A DNA stretch of 63,304 bases, counting the filler, from Reclinomonas americana ATCC 50394 (taxonomy: Eukaryota): the NCBI GenBank assembly GCA_048213135.1. It is 9 parts of 6 records of this genome, joined end to end, with 100 filler letters (N's around TTAATTAATTAA, not from the genome) between each part and the next. Parts side by side here need not be neighbours in the genome. Positions count along the whole stretch, not along the records: positions 20,145 to 22,154 come from PS015938.1; positions 22,255 to 30,985 come from PS015939.1; positions 31,086 to 33,311 come from PS015940.1; 6 more parts are not named here. One strand, written 5' to 3'. This document shows positions 20,701 through 32,642 of the stretch, piece after piece; position 1 is the stretch's first letter, and each line of letters begins with the position of its first letter. Position numbers and translations under genes: made by a program. The notes under the pieces were generated by a model that was not told where the DNA came from, did not search any database, and saw only the letters and a list, made by a program, of their open reading frames with translations.

Positions 20701-23700
20701 TGCCTCTCACTCTCCAGCTTCCTCTCCCCCTCTCACCCTACCTCTCCTCCTCTCTCTCTCTCTCTCTCTCTCTCCCCTCACCTTGAACGCACGCTTGTTG
20801 CATCCGACAAGCGTGGTGGACATGACCGAATCCTGCGTCGTGGACGCCACGCGCGTACGGACTGCACGCGACACGTGAGAAGCAAGCGCAAGGACAATCA
20901 TCTGTTGCAGGAAACGCAACAAACGCTTCGATTGCGCATCTCCATCCAGGCCCCGCGCGGCCACGAGACCCATGCGTGATGCGCACCAGGCTATGCAGAA
21001 AAGGGTCAGACGGGAATCACAAAGACGAAGAAGACCAGCAAGCCTTACCAGCGCACTGTTTTCCCTCGCTTCCGGGTACACCAAGTGCGCTGACGATCGC
21101 TAGAATAAGAAACAAAAGCGGCGCGCATCCACAAATGCACGTCACGCAACTGTGCTGTCCCTCCAGCGCCTCTCGCGCGGGACTCGATGCAGCATCAGCG
21201 GCTGCGCAAGCGAGTTAACGATAGGGATCGCAAGGAAGAAAGAAAAGAACGCACCCGCAGGGGGAGCTGACGGCTCGCTTTCGATGCGCAAAAGGTATTC
21301 ATGCGCGGAGAAACTTGCCACGGCCTCATCCATTTTCATGAATCGCATCACTGCAGCGATGTAGAGTGAACAAGAGAAGGAGAGCAGGGTCACACAAAGT
21401 ATTCACCTTCAGCAACAAACGACTGCTCGGCAGCCTGGCCCAGGTGTTCGACAAGCATATCGTGCTCAGCGGCACTGGTGTATGCTGCGACCGCGGAACA
21501 ATTACCATGAGGAGCGACATGCAAATATCGGCGGTCTTTGCTGACACGCACTGACGAGCTGCGATTGGATATGGCGACGCTGCGACTCTTGCTGACGCTG
21601 CAGGGTGTTGCCGTGGGTCGCCGACCGGGAGAAGCGATCGGCGCACTGCATAAATGTCGGATTGGCTTCGCCGAATACGGCCATCATGCCGGCCTGCATC
21701 ACACGTCAATTAGCAGGGGAAGAGCAATGAGAGAGAGAGAGAGAGGCTGTGTGTGTGTGTGTGAGTGAGTGATGATGAGTATCTACAAGCAGCTGACCTC
21801 AGTGGTCGGCAGCACAAACATGTGCATGAGGGTGAATACGTCGCCGTAGTAGGGGGACATGTTGAATTCCATGTCGAGCTTGATGAGCATGCTGGCGAGG
21901 CGGTTGGCGAGGACGAGGAAGAAGGGGTGGCCGCGGCGGAGGGTGGTGGTGGGGCGGTGGTCGGTTTTCACGTGGTGGTCCATGCCGACAAGGCCTGTGG
22001 GTGAAGGGAAAGTAGGGGAAGGGAAATAGGGGAAGGGGTGAGAAGAGGGTAGGGTGAGAAGGGGAAGGGGAAAGGGGGAAAGTAGGAAAAGGGGAAGGGA
22101 GGGAGGGGGAGGGGGAGGGGAAGGGGAAAGGGAAAGGGGGGGAAGGGGAAGGGGNNNNNNNNNNNNNNNNNNNNNNNNNNNNNNNNNNNNNNNNNNNNTT
22201 AATTAATTAANNNNNNNNNNNNNNNNNNNNNNNNNNNNNNNNNNNNNNNNNNNNGGGAAGGGGAAGGGGAAGGGGAAGGGGAAGGGGAAGGGGAAGGGGA
22301 AGGGGGGAAAGGGGAAGGGAGAATGGGGAGGGGAGAGGAAGGTTGGAGAAGATAGAGGACGAAGACAAGAGGCGAGGATAAGGGGGGAAAAGAGAGGGAG
22401 GTAAAGAGGAGAAGTGAGGAGGAGAATGGCGAGGAGGAGAAGGGCGAAGAGAATAAAGGTGTAGCGAGGGAAGGAAATAAAGAGGGAGGAGGGCGAAGAG
22501 GAGAGCGAAGAGAAGGCGGTGAAGAGATCTAGAAGGCGGTGAAGACAAGGAGCGCGACGAGAGGAAGGCAGACGGGAAGTGCAACTAACGTGAAAAGTGA
22601 CAGAGAACAAGAGAGTTGAAGAGGGGGCGAACCGGAAGGCAGAACGACGGTTGATTAGAAAGTCAACAGGCAGAGTGATGAAGAGAATTATGCTGCGTTG
22701 ACTTGCACATCATCTGGAAGACAGGACGGGGTGGACGAGTTGGAAACGTGCAGAGACGACGACGTGCGACACACGTCAGCAATATCAAGACGCGAGGAGA
22801 AGAATAGATTTGTAAGAGCAGGAATTGCTCACTGTACATCTAGGTGAGAGGTCGGGAAGAGGATTGTGCGCGAGCTGCACTTCTCATTGTACATCAACGT
22901 CAAGATACGAGGACAAGAAACGGCCAATGCAGGTGTTGGTGTGCAAAACACCGAGACACGAGAAGGGTTACATATTTGCAAGAGCAGGTGGTTCTCTCAG
23001 AAAATGAAGACAAGCAGACGAGAGGTGATTTGTGCGATCAGTGAATCTTACAGTGCGCCTCACCGTACAACCATTTCAAGACTTGGGGAGTCTCCTCGCC
23101 CTCCTCCACCAGGTAGAAGATTTCGTTGCCGAGTCCGTATGCGCCGCGAAGCTTGCGGATGGCGGCTTCGTAGTGCTGCAAAGGGTGAAGTGAGTGGAGG
23201 ACAAAGGTCGAAAGGAGACAGTGAGAAGAGATGGGAGAAGGAGCACTTGATGGACATCAAGAAAAGTTCGGTGTGCCACACGTGAGAGATGCAACCGAGT
23301 GGAAGTCGAGAAGAATAAAGGAAGCGGCTTGCGGCGCACCTTGCATGCCTCAGAGAACCTGCAGAGTAAGTGAGCTTTGGAAAATCGAAGGTGAATGCAG
23401 AAGCAAGCGAGCACGCAACCGTCCCATGGCTTCGAGTGCCAACCCGACATGCTGCGATGAAAATGAGTCAGTTAGGCACACATGCTGGTGAGATTGACAC
23501 TCACATAATGGAACACACTGTGTGTCAACAAGGGGATGAGAACCGGATGGTGAAGCAGCACACAATCACAGTGACACGCAACATTGGCTCATCCGGGGAA
23601 ATCAAGACGCCGCTTTCGCACATGCTGTGCGCCTGATAGAGGGCAGCCAGTGCGAATTCGTTCTCACTGGCGTCCAGGTGCAGCTTGGCCAGGCGATACA

Positions 23701-24557
23701 GACAGCGGACAATGCGGGCACTGCTGGCTGCGTACGTGGTACCCTCGAAATCGTGCAGCAATTGGAGCTGTCGAGGGTGCGGATGTGAGCTGCAAGGGCC
23801 ACGACGGTCGATGAATTAGGGATGAAAGGCTCACCACAGCGAATTCGGCGGCGATGCGCGAGTCGGTGGTCTCGAGCGCGGAGAATCGTTCGTGAATGAT
23901 CTCTTGGAGTTGGTCGTCGACGCCGTAGTCGTGGTCCTTGGTCACCTGCGGTGTCGAGAAGGGGGGAAAAGGAGAAGTGAGAAGGGAGAAGGGGGAAGGG
24001 GATCAAGGGGGAAGGGGAAGGGGAAGGGGAAGGGGCAAAAGGGAGAAGAAGGCAGGGGAAAACAAGAGGAGNNNNNNNNNNNNNNNNNNNNNNNNNNNNN
24101 NNNNNNNNNNNNNNNNNNNNNNNNNNNNNNNNNNNNNNNNNNNNNNNNNNNNNNNNNNNNNNNNNNNNNNNNNNNNNNNNNNNNNNNNNNNNNNNNNNNN
24201 NNNNNNNNNNNNNNNNNNNNNNNNNNNNNNNNNNNNNNNNNNNNNNNNNNNNNNNNNNNNNNNNNNNNNNNNNNNNNNNNNNNNNNNNNNNNNNNNNNNN
24301 NNNNNNNNNNNNNNNNNNNNNNNNNNNNNNNNNNNNNNNNNNNNNNNNNNNNNNNNNNNNNNNNNNNNNNNNNNNNNNNNNNNNNNNNNNNNNNNNNNNN
24401 NNNNNNNNNNNNNNNNNNNNNNNNNNNNNNNNNNNNNNNNNNNNNNNNNNNNNNNNNNNNNNNNNNNNNNNNNNNNNNNNNNNNNNNNNNNNNNNNNNNN
24501 NNNNNNNNNNNNNNNNNNNNNNNNNNNNNNNNNNNNNNNNNNNNNNNNNNNNNNNNN

Positions 24558-24634
<77 letters not shown>

Positions 24635-27600
24635 AAGAGAAGAGAAGAGAAGAGAAGAGAACAGTACAGGAGAGAAGAGAAGAGAAGAGAACAAAAACGA
24701 AGGGAAGGGAAGAGAACAATAGAGAAGCGACAGCTGAGTAATCAGGGGAGCAACCAGAGATGAACAGAGCGAGAGAATAAGAAGGGAGAGAGCAGGAAAC
24801 GAAGGAGAGAATTGGCAGTTCGATCACGAACCGGAATAATGTCGACTAGGTCACCGGCGGCCACCACCTCGGGAGACGTCAGCAAGGCGAGAGACGCAAA
24901 GCGCGCTTGTGTCTCGCTGGAGAAGATGATGCCTGGCGCACACCACATCATGAGCATCAAAAACGGCAGCTTGCAAGAGGTGACGCACCTGTTTGCAGTT
25001 GCAGCGACTGGAACAGGACTGGCACCTGTGATAAGCCAGCAGAATGTGAGCACTTGCTCGCGTGTTCAAGGGACAGCTCACACTTGCACCTGAATCAATG
25101 TACGCAGATCGTAAAACACCGTGTGCTGTCGGTCCTCGATCGAAAACAGTGAACTGTCAATCGCGAACCGCCCCCACTTGTCCAGAACGTAGCAAGGGAG
25201 CTCGGCGCGCCAGAAGCGATCGCTGTGAAGAGAGTGAGGCATGTGACGCACTCGTGCCTGGGCGTGGAGACGCAACGTAGCGGGCGAGCGGCCAAACACC
25301 TTGTTGAAGAACTGGATGATCTCGGTCTTGTAGACGGCGTCGTCGGAGGAGGCGATGGCGCGCAGGCGACTGCGCAGCAGGTTCTTCAGCGTGCGAGTGA
25401 CCATTTCGGTGAGCAAACTGGCGGGGAGGGAGAAGATAAGTGAGTATTGAGAGAAGGCGAGAGGTGAGGGTGGCAAAGTGAGGCGCACATTGTGGAAGCG
25501 AGAGGTGCTTGCTTGATGTAGGCACGCACACGAGCCATGAAACGAATGTTGATGCCGCTGGCGTGGAGGGCGGAGCTAGCAGCGCGATGGACAGGGTGAG
25601 GTGCGTTATGATGGAGGAAGGAGGGCGGAAGGGACAAACCTGATTTGACGCGGGTTGGTGAATGTGAGTGTACCAATGGTCAGCTTGGTGCCGACTTGAG
25701 GGATGATGTCGTTGAGGAGCATGTCGCGAGCGCGAAGCACCTGGTGGGTATGAGGAGGGAAGGGAGGGTGGGAAGGGCGAGGGAAAGGAGGAAGGAACAA
25801 GGGGAGGGAAAGGGGAAGGGGGAAGGGGGAAGGGGGAGGGAAAGGGGGAAGGAAAAGGGGGAAGGGAAAAGGGGAAGGAAAAAGGGGAAGGAAGGGGAAG
25901 GAAAAAGGGGAAGGAANNNNNNNNNNNNNNNNNNNNNNNNNNNNNNNNNNNNNNNNNNNNNNNNNNNNNNNNNNNNNNNNNNNNNNNNNNNNNNNNNNNN
26001 NNNNNNNNNNNNNNNNNNNNNNNNNNNNNNNNNNNNNNNNNNNNNNNNNNNNNNNNNNNNNNNNNNNNNNNNNNNNNNNNNNNNNNNNNNNNNNNNNNNN
26101 NNNNNNNNNNNNNNNNNNNNNNNNNNNNNNNNNNNNNNNNNNNNNNNNNNNNNNNNNNNNNNNNNNNNNNNNGGGGAAGGAAGGGGAAGGAAGGGGAAGG
26201 AAAAGGGGAAGAGAAAGCAGCGGAGAGCACCAGGGACATGAAACCCAGAGAAGATACAAGAACAAAGACCAGGGGGAAGAAACAGGAACACGATTACAAT
26301 GGGGGAGGAGATGGAAGAAGCAAACAAGAAGAAAAGAGAGATGGAATAAGAAATGGCGAGAGCAGAAGGAATAAGAGGGGACAGCAACGGGGAGTGCAGT
26401 GAAGAGAAATTGATCGTGCAAGTCACGCACACTCCGACATCGACGACGGCACACCTACAACACCAAGCAACAATCATGCAGACGAACAAGACCACCACTA
26501 CCACCAAACAGTGCGAAAGTTCCTGAGACAGACGAGACGGTGCAACGAGACGGGTGAACAACGACGCAGTGCGGTTGTGTTGCACAGCGTGGAGAGAGCC
26601 CTCATCTCACAGAAGCAGCGAGATCAACGCACCTCTGAATTGTGCTCATCCGCATTATCACGGCCGAAACCAGTGAAGGCATCCGAAGAGAGGGGAACGG
26701 GACTCTGCTTGACGAGCTCTGGTCGCATCAGCTGACAAAGGTGCGCTCCACGCAACCTGTGAATCAGCGTGTCACATGGAGAGTGGAACATCACAAGAAA
26801 GTATCACAGAGAGTGACTACAATCTACACACACCGTCGAAAGAGCAACACATCACCGCGGCATCCCTGATATCCGTTGCAAAAGGCAACTATGGACTCGT
26901 TGACAATGGGCGAGTCGGCTTGGAAGAAGGCCACCTGTCGCTTGCACGTGTCAGCGACGCAGCAAGTGGATGAATGGAGGCAGCACACTGACCGTGTGTA
27001 CATCGATGATGACACGCGTGACATGGTCGCCCAGATGCTCGATAACGAACGAGCGGAGGTCGTTGGTCTCGACGGGCAGGATCTCGATCGTTTGTGTGCG
27101 TGGCAGTGGCACGAAGAGGGCGACGAGTTCCTCTGTGGGTGGGTGGATGAGTGATTATTGGAGTAAAGAGGCTGTGTGCAGGGACGAACCGCTGTGTTGG
27201 AGTGGCAGGGGTGGCATGACACGCGCAGTGTCCAGGACGTACAGGCGACCATCTGCGTGGGGAGGGGTGAGCAGGAATGAGAGAGCAGCGAGTGAAGAGT
27301 GAAGGCTAGTAGTAGGAAAGATGAAGCGCGAGAGACTGCTCGTGTAGAGATAATGACAGAAGATACAGGGTAAAAATACAAGTGAGAATGGAACGACAGC
27401 GAGGGCAGTGAGAATGTAGCAGGAAGGGAGTATGGAATCGGTGAGAAATGGACGAAGACGAGGACAAAGAGAATGTAGCAGAAGGGGAGACAGGAACGAA
27501 AATGAACACTGATACTTGAGAAGGGACGGCAGAGAGGACACAAACTAAAAGAAACACTCGAAGAGAGGGCCTCACCATTTCCACGATGCACTTCGATATC

Positions 27601-30600
27601 GCAAGGCGCACAAAGCGGGGCACCGGCATGGCCAGCGCGGTGCTCCTTAAGATTCATGAAGCTGCCGGCTTGTCGCATCAGCGGCGCAACTTGTGGGTCG
27701 CACTGCACGGAGCGGCCGCCGTCGTTGGAGCCGTAGAGAGGTGGGGTGCCGCGGGGGAGTGGAAGGACGGCGGTGGCCAGGACTCGCCAGCCGCGGTAGT
27801 CGACTGGTTGGGGAGGGGGAGGGGGTGAGTGGGGGAAAGAAATGGAAATGGTTGAGCAAGAATACAGAGAGAGGGAAAGAGATAGAGTCAGGGGAGAGAG
27901 GGTCAAAGAGAGCATTAGACAGTAAAGTGAGAGAGATATAGAGAAAGGGAAGAGAGAGAGAAATGAGAAGGAGTCGATACTGGAGAGGTCGTTGCGGAAC
28001 AACTATTGAAGAGAATTGAGAGAAGTTGGGAGGCACGAAGGGCTAGGGGGCAAAGGGAAACGGAAGAGTACATCAAGATCTGCGAGGGAGCGCGACGAAA
28101 AGACAGGAAACGAGTGGTGCAGAAGAACTGCAATGACATAAAAACGTGAAGTACAAGGCGAAGATGAAAACATGCGATGGAAAGAGGGCAGCAGACAAAC
28201 ATCAGTCAGCGCAACTGAGCGTGATCAGCGTAGCGCGCAGCTCGGGAATGTTGCACTTGAGGTACTGCTGCATGCCGCGCATTTCGTGCGAGGCGGCCTG
28301 CGCGACGATTCGTTCAGAACAGATGCTGATGATTTTTTTGTTCTCCGTCTCACCTTCATCGCATACTCGACACTTCCGTACAAGCCGCTGGAGTCGGTGA
28401 CCACCTTGAGGAATACGCCGTCCACAATGTACTGCGCGGATAGAGGTCAGTAGCCAGCCTTGCCCTCATGGAGATCATTCACGCTCGAGCACCTTCTCGC
28501 CACCGGCCACACCACCAACCCCGGCAGCCGTGTGGAGCGTGCGTTGGGCCACCGGCAGTGCCATTTCGCGGATGATTTGGCGAGCGGCGCGTTTCGCCGT
28601 CTCGCGAAAGGCGTTGACCAGGCTGCGCATGCGACAGAGGCGGGTCATTTTGTCGGCGGTGGTGACCAGCGGTGTGTCGAGGATGGACTGGAACTGCGAT
28701 TGGGAGAGGAGGGTGAGAGAAGGGAAGAAGGAATAAGATTCTTCCTGAATGACATACCTCGGCGTTCCAATCCGTTCCACCAGCTGGCAGCGGGGCGGAC
28801 GAGGGCGACAGCGAGGACGCAGCGTGCTCGAAGTAGGGACTCACGGAGACGATGACTGAGTCGGCTGTATGTACAGGTCGCTCGCCGGCAAACTCGATTA
28901 CTGGAATGCACTTGCCAGTGAGAGACATTGACAGAAATAAGAGACAGAGGCGGAGACAGGGTGAGAAGACAAGAGGAAGGAAGTACGGAGATAGGACCAG
29001 ACAGTGACAGCGACCAGAGACAGAGGAGGAGATAGGGTGTGAAGACAAGAGGGAGAGACGCGGAGACAGAATCAAAAAGTGACTGAGCTATGAGACAGGG
29101 TGTGAAGATAAGAGGGAGGAGGCACGGAGACAGGATCAGGACAGTGACAGAAATAAGAGACAGGAGGAAACAGGGTGTGGCGATGTAAGAGGGAGGAGGC
29201 GTGGAGACAGGATCAAGACAGCGACAGAGATAAGAGACAGAGGCGGAGACAAGGTGTGAAGATAAGAGGGAGCAGGCACGGAGACAGGACCAGTGACAGA
29301 GATAGGAGACAGAGGTGTGAAGACAAGAGGGAGGAGGCACGGAGACAGGACCAGTGACAGAGATATGAGACAGAGGTGTGAAGATAAGAGGGAGGAGGCA
29401 GGGAGACGGAACCAGACAGTGAGAGAGACAAGATAAAGAAGCGGACGGAGACAGGGTGTGAAGATACGAGGGAGGACTGAGACATGATTGGACAGTGATA
29501 GAGATAAGATACAGAGGAAGAGACAGGATGGGAAGATAAGAGGGAGGGCACGAGATAGAAGCAGACAGTGACAGAGATATGAGACAGAGGCGGCGGGAGG
29601 AGGTGCGGAGACATGATAAGACAGTGACAGAGATAAGAGACAGAGGAGGAGACAGGGCAGCGACGAGCGGTGCGAAATGAGTTGAGAGATAAGAAACCTG
29701 GAGTGGGTCGTGAGATGGATGAGGAGCCAGATGCCTCCGATACCGCCACCGGTTCTGGCGCGGCGACCACAGCCGGAGCCGGTTCTGCGATGCAGTGATG
29801 GGAACCAATCGGCGGTGATGAGGCAGTCAAGATTACCCAATCACCTCTGTCAACAGCGACAGCCAGTGCCGCTCGTGCCTCAGCTTCTCGCACCTCCGCA
29901 ATGACGACGTCGAGTTGTGCCAACGACTGAACAAGTGAGGCTTCCACTTGCCTGCCAACAGGAGACAGTGAGAGAGTGAAACGTGAGAGGGAGAGCATAA
30001 AATGAAGCAACTGCTTCTGCTCGGCAAAGTACTCCTCGACTTCAGCAGGTGCCTCTCCGTTGTGATCGGCGCGGATGGAGTCGAGGGTCTGCTGCATTTC
30101 CTCGAGTTGTTTTGTGGTGTCGTTGGTTACTTGGGTGCGTTGTTCGAGGAGACTGTGGTGGCGAAGAGGGAAGGGGGGTGAGGAGGAGCAGGGAAAGGGG
30201 AAGGGGTGGGAAGGGAGAGACGGAGAGAACATGGAGAGGAGGAAGGACAGAGAGTGGAATGAAAAAGGAGACGGGGAGCGTGTGCGAGCGAGAAAGGGAG
30301 TGGGAGGGAAGAAAGACAAAGTGTGGGACGAAGAAGTGACAGGGAGAGCAAAGGAGAAGGATATAAGTGAGTGAGACGGTGAAGGTAGACAGCGAGTAAG
30401 AATTAGATGGAGACATAACACGGGATGGAGAAGAGAGACAGGAGGCGACAACGACAAGGTAATGGGAAGCGGAAGGGATGCAAGGAGGGAGAAGGGAGGC
30501 AAAGAGACACGAAGGCAAGGAGACAGGGAGGTGAGATGGAAACGGTGAAATGGAGTGGGAAGGAGAAGAGAGACAAGGAGTGGGAAGGAGAAGAGAGACA

Positions 30601-32271
30601 AGGAGTGGGAAGGAGGAGGGAGACAGGGAATGGATAGAAGAGCGGGCATATGGAGTAAGAAGGAAAAGGAGACAGGGAGAATGGAAGGGATTGGAGACTT
30701 GGAGGTGGGAAGGAGAAGGAAGGAAGGGGGCGATAAAGCGAAGGGAGACACTCTCGCTACTCCACGTTCCTCTCGCTGTGCTCTCGTTCCTCTCGCCGCG
30801 CTCTCGTTCCTCTCGCTGCGCTCTCGTTCCTCTCGCTGCGCTCTCGTTCCTCTCGCTGCGCTCTCGTTCCTCGCGCTGTGCTCTCGTTCCTCGCGCTGTG
30901 CTCTCGTTCCTCACGCCGTACTCTCGTTCCTCGCGCTGTGCTCTCGTTCCTCGCGCTGTGCTCTCGTTCCTCGCGCTGTGCTCTCNNNNNNNNNNNNNNN
31001 NNNNNNNNNNNNNNNNNNNNNNNNNNNNNTTAATTAATTAANNNNNNNNNNNNNNNNNNNNNNNNNNNNNNNNNNNNNNNNNNNNACTCTCGTTTCTCTC
31101 GCTGTACTCTCGTTCCTCGCGCTGCTCTATTTATCACTTCCTGCACAGGGTCCTCATGCGACGCCGAAGGAGACAGAGAGACACAACGGCGAATTGCGCA
31201 AGGGAGAGAGGAAGGTGAGATGGAGACCGGAGAAAGAAAGTGGGAGAGCGAGGGGGAATAGCGAGTGGGAAGGAAAGAGGGACAGCGAGCGAAAAGGAGA
31301 AGGGAGAGAGAGGGAGCATGGAAAGGATGGGAGTCACGGAGATGAGAAGGAAAATTGAGACAGGGGTGGCAAGGAGTGGAAGTGGGAAGGGAAGGAGACA
31401 AAGAAAGGGAGTGAGCAGGTTAAAGGAGAAAAGGGAATTAGATGAAGGGGGGCGCGAGGTAGCAGGGACAAGGGACAGGGAGTGGAAGTGAGAGGGGAGG
31501 ATTGGAGTGGAAGCACATGGGCAATAGAGTGAGTACTTAGAGATGGTAAGGAGAGAGGAGGCAGGGAGTGTGGACTGGGAGTGCGGAGGAGAGGAGACAG
31601 AGGGTGGGAAGGATAAGAGAACAGAAGGTGGAAAGGAGAACGGAGAATGGGACAAAGAACAAGAGAGACAGCACAATCCAACAACGCAACATGGAAATGA
31701 CTGACGATTCCGAGGCGGAGGTGGGCAGGAGGCGTGTGTTCTCGCCCGCATCCGGATTGGCCAAGTAGGCGATCATGGAACGCGCGTCCTCTTTCAGGCG
31801 GTTCTCTTGGCGTCGGAGCTGCGAGTCAACGGGATGAGTGTGGGGTTATAACATTGTGTGTTGATCGTGCAGAGTGCGTACCATGTCATACATGCGCTTG
31901 CCACGCTGACTGGCACGCGCGAGGTCCTCGCCTTGCTGTTGTGGAGATGGAATGTGAGAGAGGAAGGAGGAGGAAGAAGGAGGGGGAGGAGGGGGAGAGG
32001 GGGGAAGAGAGGGGGAAAGAGAAGGGGGAAAGAGAAGGGGAAAGAGAAGGGGGAAGAGAAGGGGAAGAGAAGGGGAAGGGAGGGGAAGAGGGGGAAAGAG
32101 AGGGGGAAAGAGAGGGGAAAGAGAGGGGAAAGAGAGGGGGAGACAAGGTGAGAGGAACAGAAGTCGATGCGAAATGCACTCACCAACGCGGGATACGTGG
32201 GAAGCGGCGGCACATCAACAACAGAGGGACCTGCGCATGCGTGGCTCGCTTGTCATCACGCTGCAGGAGGT

Positions 32272-32309
<38 letters not shown>

Positions 32310-32573
32310 ATGCACCTCTACCGTACATCATGTCACGTTCTCTCCGCCTTCTCATCTTCACTCACCCATCGCCGCCACTGGAGCCACAGCACGCACAGCG
32401 GACTCGCCAGCCGCAGAGGATTCTGGCGCAGGTGCGTCGGAGTAATACAGATTGTGATATAATGATGGCGACGATGAGGATGAAGAAGAAGAGGTGCCCA
32501 CGTGTGTCGAGGAGTGGGTGGCATGTAGGGCACTCTCGTAGTATGCGTCGGCATACAGCGAGTCGGCAGCCAT
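17720..32573 (-). CDS. Clu-domain (clustered mitochondria/CLUH family) protein with N-terminal coiled coil, CLU-central domain, TPR-like helices and long C-terminal extension; >30 exons
   Basis: Start MAADSLYADAYY at 32573. Clu motifs: TDWNAEFQSIL, GGVAGGEKYIVDGVFLK, AHEMRGM, VDYRGWRVLATAVLP, LYGSNDGG, APCDIEVHRGNDGRLYVLDTARVMPP. CLU-central motifs: LHASGINIRFM, EMVTRTLKNLLR. The join to the 17720-22831 part depends on an inferred intron at 22832-22971 and is less certain than the Clu call. Confidence 0.85.
18320..18950. repeat. ~120-bp tandem repeat, ~5.5 diverging copies, intronic
   Basis: The unit gaacggaggggagagggatctaatcctctaactgctccacagtgagtgg...gttcaacattgctttctgctacagtgattagagtcacaccaca recurs every ~118-120 nt. 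Confidence 0.92.
28920..29700. repeat. Degenerate ~60-bp purine-rich intronic tandem repeat
   Basis: Recurring gtgtgaagataagagggaggaggcacggagacagga.cagtgacagagataagagacag blocks. Confidence 0.8.
30763..31125. repeat. 20-bp minisatellite (ctctcgttcctcgcgctgtg)n spanning a gap
   Basis: The same unit lies on both sides of the 30986-31085 gap, supporting true adjacency across it. Confidence 0.9.
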
Positions 32574-32642
32574 CGCGGTGGTGGTGGAGAAGACGGAAGT
32601 CACGAAGTTGTCAGCAGGACATTCTTCTCTGCGTGCGTAGAG

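Noticed and set aside
22968..22970. TAA readthrough in the Clu gene
   Set aside because: The TAA lies inside a plausible GT donor (at|GTAAcc), so ordinary splicing or true termination explains it.
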